A stretch of 64,000 nt of DNA, taken from Oopsacas minuta. Lineage: Eukaryota; Animalia; Porifera. A program made the position numbers and the translations under genes. This document shows positions 38,801-49,700 of the stretch, piece by piece. How positions within the stretch are numbered: position 1 is the stretch's first letter; each line of letters begins with the position of its first letter. The stretch spans positions 434,001 through 498,000 of the forward strand of contig JAKMXF010000365.1 of the NCBI GenBank assembly GCA_024704765.1, given 5' to 3'. Below the pieces are notes generated by a model that saw nothing but the letters and a program-made list of their open reading frames with translations, made no database searches and was not told where the DNA came from.

Positions 38801-41800
38801 ATTCAATGGTCCCTTTGATTTCGAGGTTACAATTCAGTATAATTTCACTATAACAGTAACAGACCAAGGTATCCCTACTCTATCATCCTCAACATTTCTT
38901 ATTATAAATATACTAGATGCTAATGATAACAGGCCTGCATTTAACATGTCTACCTACGAGGTAACAATACCAGAGAGTACTGACGTAGAAGAAAATTTTA
39001 TAACAGTATTAGCAACGGATGCAGACGGTACAGATAATAATAGCATTATTACATACTCGATCATGCCCGAATATGAGAATTATTTCCAGATTGATAATGA
39101 AGGTGGCATAGCGCTTGTTCACAACCTAGATTTTGAAACGCTTATGTCACATACAATTGATTTCCACGTGCTGGCTACTGATAACGGAGACCCTTTACTC
39201 AGCTCTTCTAGTATAGTTATAATTACTGTTACTGATTCTAATGATAACTACCCTCAGATAGTACAACCTGTTAATCCTAGCATTCTAGAAGGAACATCTG
39301 TTAATACCGTACTTACTACAATTCAAGCAACAGATGCTGATTCAGGCATTAATGCAGTTCTTAGTTTCTTCATAACAAATACAGTGCCATTCTCTATTGA
39401 TCAAAACAATGGTAGTATTATAGTTACTGATACGCTAGATAGAGAAATGCAAGACTTTTATTCTATAACAATCCGTGTACAAGATAACGGTACAACATCT
39501 CTATCCAGCGAGGTGATAATTAACGTAACAGTTCTAGACAGAAACGATAATGTCCCAGTATTCATAGACGCGCCTTACGAATTTTTTGTACAAGAGAATG
39601 CCAGCAATTCTACATTAGTAGAGATTATTGATGTTACCGATGATGATATTAATGAGAATGCTTATATAACATGTCAACTGTCAGATAATGACTCTCCGTT
39701 CTATCTGTCAAGTGATTACTTAATAGCTAGAGAGAGGTTATTAACTTATGGAGAGTTGGATAGAGAGATTCAGTCAGTTTATTCACTAACAATTACTTGT
39801 CAAGATATATCATCATCTCCTCTTATATCAACAGCAGATATAATAATCAGAATTACAGACATAAACGATAACATCCCTCAGTTCCCTGATTCGGAGTACA
39901 TATTTCAGATTCGTGAAGATGTTAACCCCGAAACGGTGATTGGTACTATCCAAGCCACTGATCTAGATGAGCCGAATACTCCCAACTCTCAGTTAGTGTT
40001 CTATATAACTGAAGGAAATGAAGATAACTACTTCTCAATAACTACAGACGGTGTACTACTGACTAACAACACAGGGAGGATACCAGTAACTGATTTTACA
40101 CTGACAATAACAGCTACAGACCTGGGATCTCCTCCTCTCAGTAACTCTATACTAGTGTATATCACTATAATCGATGTTAATGATGAAGCTCCTACCTTCA
40201 ATACTACAGACGTAGGAGTTATTCGTATCAGTGAGTATACACCTGTAGGACAAAATATAGTTAACTTCACAGCTATTGATTTAGAAGGTTCTGAGATTAC
40301 ATACAGTCTTATAACAGAGATGGGAAGAGAAGGTGACTTCATAGTGGACTCTATAACAGGAGGAATAATCGTTAGTCAGCCTCTTGACTTTGAACGAGAT
40401 ACTCAATATACTCTTAAACTTATAGCTGTTGATTCTCCTGACGAAGGAGAAGGTGATGCGAGAACTGGAATGGTGAGTATACCCGTGTTCATTATTGATG
40501 AGAACGATAACAGTCCTATATTTAATCCAGATACTTATGAAGCGAATATCACTGAGAATGATGTTGGTCCGTTTGTATTAAGAACAGTATCTGCTACTGA
40601 CTTAGATTCTGAAGGAAATGGAATGGTCACGTACTCACTAGTTCCTCCAGAAGCTCTATCCGGTCTAATATCTATCAACTCTACCACAGGAATAGTATCA
40701 TTAGTGGTTGGAGTATCATTTGATTTTGAAGGCAGTCTCAGTAATGAATTTGTTATACCAGTAAGAGCAGCTGATGGAGGCAATCCATCAAATACAGATT
40801 CAGGTGTGACGTCATTGACAATATACATAATAGATGTAAACGACAACACCCCACAGATCGATCCTTTCTACTCTGCATTAATACTAGAAAACGTTACAGC
40901 TGATACATATGTCACCGTAATACAGGCCACGGATCTAGACACTGATCTTAATGGTGAGATTGTCTATTCAATAGATCCTAGTGTATACGTCCCTTTCCGC
41001 ATTGACAGTGTTACGGGCGAAATTGTATCGACAGAAGTATTAGACCGTGAGGATATTTCCTCATATAGTTTTGTAGTTACAGCCTCTGATAGAGGAATTC
41101 CGGTTAGAAGCAATAGTACAATTGTTAACGTTACTGTAGAGGATATTAACGATAACTGTCCTACTATTGTGAGTGAGGAAAATATACTATCCATATTTGA
41201 GGAAAGTTCTGGAGAAGTTTTGGATAGTATTATACAAGTAGTAGATAGAGACATAGGCTTAAACGGTGAATACAATTACACTCTTCCTGATGCATTCCAT
41301 CGTACTCTATTCAGCATTAATTCAGAAACAGGACAGTTATTTTTGTTACAACAACTTGATAGAGAAACTACAGACCAATACAATCTCACTATACACATCA
41401 CTGATAGAGGAGATATACCTTGTACTGCTACTACATTCATTATCATAGATGTACAGGATACAAATGACAATAGAGCTAGCTTCATTGGAGAGCCCTACAT
41501 CATGAGTATTAGTGAAGGAGTGCCAGTAGACACCCCATTGATCTGTGTGAATGCAAGTGATCCTGATTTGGGAGAAAACGGAGAATTCACGTTTCAGTTA
41601 GTAGGTGATATACCATTTACCATAGATCCCATTACCGGCTGTATAGTTACATCTGGGGAAATTGACCGTGAAACAAACCCAGAGTTCTTTCTCGAAGTGA
41701 GAGCAGTAGCAAACGATAACCAATTCAGTACTTCATCCGTGGAAGTTATTGTTATTGATGGGAATGACAATACTCCAACATTTACAGAGGATCCTTACAT

Positions 41801-44800
41801 TTTCAATGTTGCAGATCCCACAATTGTATCTCCCGTGAGTTATTACTTAACTTAATTACTAGCAATTTGCTTTGACAAACATTTTGTTTTCTTACAAAGT
41901 GAATATCAGTCAATTTGTTTATAATAGTTACTTATGTAGATTGGTACACTGATTGTAATTGATGAAGATGAGGGAGTTAATGGAGAACTCTTCTATGATT
42001 ACAATCTATTACAATCCAATAACACACAACTGATGTATATGTTCAATGTAACAGATAATGGTAATCCAATTCTAAGCTCTACTACTGATGTAATAGTAAG
42101 TTGACTATACTAACTAATTTTCGAATTATTCTAATACGTACTTTCTTCTCTAGATTAAATTTTCCTATTGTGAGTACTTGGCGATCAGTTTAGGAGGCAC
42201 TAACAATGAAATCGATATCTTCATAGACACACTATGTAGTGCTACAGTAGAGCTGATTTCCACATTCACTGTACTAAACTCGTCAATAACTCTTAACTGT
42301 ATCGTAGTTGGTAATCTACCATTCTTTGTACAATGGTCCAAAGATGGAACCACCATACAAGAACCTACATCAATAACTATGCTGGTTATAGAGTCATTGA
42401 GTATAGTTGATGAAGGCCAGTACACTTGTCAAGCTATACTTGCCGATCTGTCTCTATCTATACAATCAGAGCCTTATTCTCTTGTCGTACAAAGTAAGTA
42501 AAACCCAGCAATCATTGACATAATTTACTGCTTATATACTTCTCTAGTTCCTCCTGAAATTACTATTCCACCAAAAGATCTCGCTATCAACAATGGAGAT
42601 ACACTAATCCTATCTTGTTACTCAATCGGAGTACCAGACCCTGATCACTACTGGCGTCTCTCTACCTTAGCGGAACCATTAATTATTGACATAGGTTCAC
42701 AAGACGCTCCAGAATTTAACGTTACCAAAAATCAAATAAGTCTGCCTGCTATTACCAATGAGTATGAAGGTTATTACTCCTGTAATGCTAGTAATGCAGT
42801 AGGGTATGATGAGAAATCAGGACTAATAATTATACACTGTAAGTATACTAATGCTGTATTTAGGCTACTACATGTTATACGTATGTATACTCTTCTATAG
42901 CTGTCACTGATGTTGTTACAATCGGATTTAACAACAACTTCTCTAATCCTGATCCGAATAATGGTGGCTGTAATAATCTTGAAACAAGTATACTTGAGGT
43001 GTGTTTTTATTTAATTAATATAATAATCTTAACAATATTTATACTCATTATTTATGTAGAATATATTAAGTGGAATAACTGGTACTTCAACAACAATAGC
43101 CTCTAGCAGTGGTGACAGTAATCTATGTGATACAAGTGGTGGTACAACAATCACGACAACTACTACAACAACAATGTGTAATCCTAATCCCTGTAACGGA
43201 TATCAGTGTACTTTAGATGATTTTGTTGGCTTCATTTGTGAATGTCCCGCTACTCTACTAGGGGTAACTTGTAATATGGACAATGATGAGTGTTCAGGAT
43301 TAGGTAAATACTCCAAGTCTGATATCAAATTTTAAGATATTCTTTATTCAATTCTCTTCTAGGTATCTGTCAGAATGAAGGTGTATGCATGAACTCATAT
43401 AATGGGTTCAGTTGTGTATGCCAGAGTGGATTTACTGGAGAAACTTGTGAGATACCCATCTCTTGTGAGGTGAATTCTTGTCCAGATAGTGAGATGTGTG
43501 TAGATACTGTGGATGGTTTTGACTGCCTTATCACACAAAATGTAACTGTCAATACTACAAATGAACAATCAGCTAATAATGTTGCTGCAACGGTCAATGA
43601 TGAGCAGGTAAAAAATCGTATTTTCCCTTATGTAAATCCTCCTCTATTCTTGTAACAGCCTTCTATTGGAAAATAATATTATAATAATACAATTAGACTG
43701 AGAATATCGAGATCAACCGTCGTAGACGCCAGACTGTCGCTTTCCCTCAACTTGCATACAGGAATTGTGTGGTTATAGTTTCTAGAGAAACAGGATCTAC
43801 AGTAGTAACACTAATTATTGGATGTCTTCAAAAATTTACATTAACTGAGGCAGACTTATCAGAAGTTTGTCAGTATCTCTATGACTCATATGCTAACTTC
43901 CAATCATGCACTACCCCAATGGGAAATGTGCTGCTTGGACCTAAAACACCACCTTCGTGAGTATCAATTCTAAATTATATTAATAACTCATTTATTTCAA
44001 TCTTCCTACAGATTTGGTGTTACTATATCCGTAATTCTGACTAACCCATCATCAGGAGAGGTTATCCCTGGTACTACAGCTGTAGAATTAATAGTTAATG
44101 GTATCAAAGATGCTAGTAATGATGACAATTTGTCTAACCAGCTGGTAGAACTAGGTTTCCCAGAACCAGACCTCACTCAGATAACAGCAACTTCTCGTAA
44201 GTTAACACATAAATATTAAACTTATTGTAACTTAACAATTTCTATACATGTTTTCTGTAGTTCCTCCTATTCCAATCGAATACACTGGAGTAGTCATAGG
44301 CATTTTGAGTATACTATTCATACTGCTGGTGATAATAATCACATGTATCTGCTTGGTTGTGTGTCTAAAACGGAGGTCTAAAAATGACAAAGTTACTAGT
44401 TACGAGCATTCAGGTGTCACAGACCATATTGAGCCTAAACCTAAGCCTACAGATCTTGAGCTAGGTCCCTCTACAGAGCTACGAGATATCAGCACAGAGC
44501 CTGAGAATGAGTATGGAATTATGGAGCAAGCTGTAGCTATTACTACATTCAATAGTGAGTTTAAAATCTTTATAATAGTTTGCTATTTCTTACTACTTAA
44601 TTATTCCAGATGCAATTGCTGAAGAACCTGAGGTAGAAGTTCAAGCAAAGCCTACTTTGGCATCAAAGTTCTCCTTCCAGAAAAAGACCACACCCTCAGA
44701 AGAAAAGGTATCTCTCGTACCTACAGAACTAACAGAGACTACAGAGGCTATAAATGTGGTAGCAGCGAATATTCCCAGCAAGAAACCTGAAGTAGGAAAG

Positions 44801-46143
44801 TCAGATTCTCTCCCGAGAAAGATTTTAACAGCCACAGCAAGTTTTGGTAAGAAAAAGAATCAGAACAAGATTGAGACAGCTCCGTTGATTGACGGTCAGT
44901 CTGACGAGTTAATAATTGGTGTTTATATCCAATTATTCAGGATACCAATTGCAACATCCTCTATATCATTACGTGTTAATTTCACTATAATATATTGTAT
45001 CTTGAATCAAATTTCCTTCATTTAGATGATACTGAAGATATTGAATCCAACCCAGAGCCTGTTCCAGAAAATTTGCCTGAGAAATTACCAAAAAAATTGC
45101 CTCCCAAAAAGAAGAGTCTAGAACCTCAAAGTCCAACTATTAATGAGCGTGAAATGATTGCTGGAGCCCTAGTTCCTGTAGCAGAGCGTGACACGTAAGT
45201 ATTCTATCCTTATAAGTAGAATTGAATATTGACATTTTGGTGTCGTGTAACCTAATGTCTGTATCCATATTGCTAACATCTATAATCTTTTGATCAAATC
45301 ACAATTGCTTGATATTTTAGGGACTACAAAGAAGATCAGTCTGATGTTTATTCTAATGTTAATGTTAAACCTGATGCTACGATGGCTGAATTATGGGAGA
45401 CAGCTATAAAGGATGGAGAGAAACAGGACAAGGAACTTGTTGCTGGGGTAATTACGATAACATAATTATAGTATAGTTAATACTGTAGTTTTATGATTTT
45501 TTTTCTCAGAAAAAACTGATATCAGTTCAAAGTCAAGAACTCAAAGTTAAACAGCCAATCTCAGAGCCATCTTCCCCTCCTGCTCAACCTCCTACTACTG
45601 ACAATATAGAATCTGTTACTGTAGAACCAGTTCAATCTGCTATTGATCCTATTATTCCTATAGCATCAGATCAACCTACTAATGATATTGTAGCACCGAC
45701 AAAAAGCACTCAAGCTACTAACCAACCTTCTTCCCCTCAAAAGATAGAGGTAATTACATTATACACTATTCCCTACACATTTCCCTTTATTCTGTTATAT
45801 CATTATTTAGCACTCTCTTACTTACCCATGGTACTACAGTGATATCAACCGTGAAGCTGCTGAGATTAAACTGATGCAAATGGGAGAGGAAGGAGGTTTC
45901 CTAGTCCGTGCTGCCTCCTCTGCTAAAGGAGATTATTCTCTATCAGTACTGGTATCCTATCAAGAGCCCCTCATTAAGCATCTCCTAATCAGAGACATCG
46001 GTACTGAGCTAGTGTTACAGGCACAAGGTGCTAAAACTAACTTCCCTCATTTGGCTGCTCTTGTTGCTTACTACTCAATGGAAGAATTCGTGTTTGCAGA
46101 TTTGCAGAAGAGTATTAAGCTCACTCATCCCATTTTGAAGTAG
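26871..46143 (+). CDS. hedgling: Hedgling: signal peptide, Hedgehog N-terminal (Hedge) domain, VWA, about 41 cadherin repeats, 2 Ig, EGF repeats, TM, cytoplasmic SH2
   Basis: Spliced exons 26871-27237 and 27295-27435 (Hedge: GWSED, SLRYEARS, AIEAGCDWV); 27515-27701 and 27964-28221 (VWA MIDAS DTSGS, ILTDG); giant cadherin exons 29061-36777 and 36834-41834 with 41 DxNDN-type linkers counted; Ig at about 42250-42840; EGFs at about 43170-43530; TM at about 44290-44360; SH2 exon 45811-46143 (PWYY...GGFLVR). The junctions I checked were phase-consistent. Confidence 0.9.
27727..27795. mobile_element. Short degenerate pogo-like MITE in the hedgling intron 27702-27963
   Basis: CAGTCGAATCCAGTTATATCGAA at the left pairs imperfectly with TTCAATATAACAGGAGTTTACTG at the right, followed by TA. 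Confidence 0.55.
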
Positions 46144-46752
46144 AAGATACATTTAGTTCGTTGTTACACATTTATGCATGAATTATTATCATAGGCTGGA
46201 CCTGTATCTTGAGAGATTAGGATTTATGCGATTAGTTTGCTTTTATCAAAATGTATATTTGGATTTTTAACTAATCTAGGCTGATTATTGTGTGTATTTG
46301 TTAATTATTCTAACTTTCTCTGTTTTCTTCTATCGTTCTGGGACTTCTGGCTGGAATTACGTAATAACAAATGCTCGGTACTTATAGCATAACTTCACCG
46401 AACATAAACGAATTTATGCAGTCAGTGTATAATTTAATTGAGCACTACTTACAACCTACCTGAACATTGAACACTTTTCTACGTGAATTTTGTAGTTATA
46501 TTGTATGCCACACATTCTTTTCATAACAAAATTCTATTATTATTGCAATTCCAGAATTTTGAGATAATCACAAAATTGTGGATTTACAATAATAGAGTTT
46601 TATATAAAGCAATATATACTTTAGTGCACTTTTAACTCTAAGTAGACTATTCTTATATAATTCTTACACGTATCAATTCTTCAGTTTCATGTTTCAGATG
46701 GAATCACTGGTGAATTGAGTAATACCATTTACATTCCTTTCTAGCTAGCGTA

Positions 46753-49700
46753 ATGAACAGTAGTGATACACCTCCTAGCGCACGCAGAGGTTCTGCTGGA
46801 TCTTCTTCCCTCAACAAATACTCTTGTCAAGATTCCACCAGTATGTCAGCTCTACATCACCGTAGTATACAAGGTAACATAGAGCACGAGAAGAAGAGAG
46901 ATATCCTCATGCAGGGAGGTAAGCTACTGCGGGAGAGACAGACAAGTGAGGATGCTTCTATAAATTCAGCTGTTGCACCAGGATCGTTTGATTCAGTCGC
47001 TCAAACTCCTGAACAGAACTCTCCAAAACTACATGAATACCCTCGTTACTCATCACAACCCTCTGAGAGCAGTCACTTACATAACGGAGTTATTGAGGAA
47101 GCATCTCTGGGAACAAATAAGATCAAGAGACAGTATAAAGAGAGATTGTTAGAGATAGCTGAGCTAGAGAATGACAAGTGTGTATGGTGTTCTTGTTGCA
47201 TACAATATGTGTACTAATTCTATCATTATATTATAGGACTTTACTGCAGTACAAGACGTCATCACTTCAGGATTGTCTTGATGATACTAACCAAGAAATA
47301 AGAGAGTGTAGAGAGCTTAGTAAGAGACAAGCTTCTGAACTATTACTTCTAAACCAGAATATTTCTGTTCTACAATCAGAGAAGGATTCACTACACTGTC
47401 AGGTTAAGTATAGAGATGATTACCTGGAAAAACATAACCTTACTTTACCTTATATTGGAGCGGATGGTGAATTGGTGGAATCAAAGGTAAGAGATTTCGC
47501 ATATCTTCTCAGAGAGAAGGAAGATGAACTTGAAGGTAAGATATATCATTTTACATGCTTGTATTGGTGTATATTGATTCGTTTCGAGCGATACGATTAC
47601 ACTTCGTATATTGTACACTTTACAACCTATGATCTCTCGCTTACTTGAATCCTATGTTTCTTTTTACTTTGCTACTGATGAACATCACTGCGAAACAAAA
47701 TACTTCTTTGATGGAAACTTTTCTTCAGTGACTTTGAATAGTTACCTTTCCTAGGTAAATTCGATAATTCTCTTGAATGATTCCCTTTCAAATGGTATAA
47801 TGAAGATGAATAGCTGAACGCATGACTGCATACATGCGAATTTGTGATATATAAGAGCCGATTTATGTCTATGAATTATTCATTTCGCTATCCTCTCATC
47901 CAACTAAATTAATCCAGTAAAATACTGTACTTTCAAAACTATTTTCAATCTTATAATAAAGCCAGTTAAACTTGAAATCGCCTTTCCCATCTTGGGATAA
48001 ATCGCTACTTATGAATTTAGTAATTAGTCTGTAGTAAAGCTATATATTGAAATTACTAATTATGATGTCATAGAATTAGATTATATAGAAATTCCCGATG
48101 AAATGTATGATGATGCTAGCTCTAGGCCTGGTGGTGGTAAGCAGTGCCATGGCAATGGATTATGTAGAGGATTTCTACTCAGACGATGATACTGAACTGG
48201 GAGATGTCTGTTCTTTGTGTAAGCAAGGGCTTACTGCTCTCGACCCTTTGATCATGTCTAAAATTAAAGGGATAGTGAAAGATCTTCTTGAAATGGGATG
48301 CGATAAAGCTCCTATTCCAAAATGTAGTTGGTTCGCAAAAAAAATAGCGAAATATGCCGCCAAATATGTGAAAAAGTACCTAGAACACGATAAGCTGTGT
48401 AAATTAGTTAAAGTGTGTGAGAGTGATGAAAGCGTTCAAATCACTGCGAATGATTTGGACCTTTCTGATGATGAAACTGCTTGCGTAAAATGCCAGGTAC
48501 TAATGAAAAAAATCAAGGCGGTTATCATGAATGATAAGGCGGTATTGAATTCTATTGTATTGGGTGCAATGGATGAGTGTGATCAGGACGATGAAGTCTC
48601 AGCCGATGAGTGCATGGATATGATGAATAGATACAGTGTATCACTTACCGATGAGGCTATTCGAGATTTTCCTGAGCTAGAGATGTGTTCCGCTATGGAA
48701 AAATGCGAGTACTCCGAGTAGGAATCAGTGAGAAATCCTACCCAGCTCTTGTATTGCTACATATGTTTGCTCGTAATTTTTGGTTGAAAAGCAATAATAA
48801 CTTTGCTAATAGATTCAAACTTAGGATTTATGTAATACTATTATTATTGATTATATTTGTCAGTAAAATTACTCGGTAATTACAGTGGAACACGCTCATA
48901 TCAAAGTTATTCGGATGGTCACAGTTATTTCGTAATATTAATCTATTGTAAAATGGGACTGGTACGTAAGGATACTTCGTTATGCCATGAATTCGCTTTA
49001 TCCATGTTCGTTATCATCAGTGTGTTCAAATGTTCAATGTTATAACGTTTAATTATCCAACGGGATTAACCCGATTTTAACTGAATGTTTTCTCATTAAT
49101 TAAGACAAGCTTGAGTATGTTGGGGGTTTAGTTCTCATGTAACCTGAGGGTCAAACGTTTCATTATATTATTCCTTACATATTATGATACTTCGTGCTAG
49201 CTGTTTTTTGCATGTGTGTACTCAGTGACATAACTAACTGAAATTTTGGGCAGGACAATAGAATAACTAGCAACTAAACTATTATAGTAATTATACATAA
49301 TTCACACGAATTCAACCATCAATTCCTTGTTTTTAAGACATTTGTAGGTTGTGGTCTGCGCTTTGCTGCTCAGTAATGATTTACATTCCGCTGCGCTGCG
49401 GAGGTGGTTTGCTGTAACCAGCGCGACCTTCGCTGCACTGGATCGGATTATTGAGTTATTTATGTAAGGTATGTATTTTAATAAATTATATCAAGAAATG
49501 TGTAACTCCAATTTAATGTAATTATATAATGAATATTCGAGGCAACAAACTAAGAATTTAAAAGCTATTCATTAATGAGGCCATCCAGCTGTTTAAAATT
49601 TCCACAGATAATCGGCTACTCCGACCTTCAACCAATAGTTTAGCGTACGAAAATATTTCCTTGACATTCTAGAAATAGCTATAGATACTATTATAGTTTC

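Noticed and set aside
29061-41834. Periodic GATGTTAATGATAA-like motifs as a CRISPR or satellite array
   Set aside because: They encode the DxNDN linkers of cadherin repeats within open frames.
45874-46143. Stand-alone SH2 gene
   Set aside because: The frame extends to an acceptor at 45810 and includes the SH2 tryptophan upstream of the ATG. It fits as the last hedgling exon.
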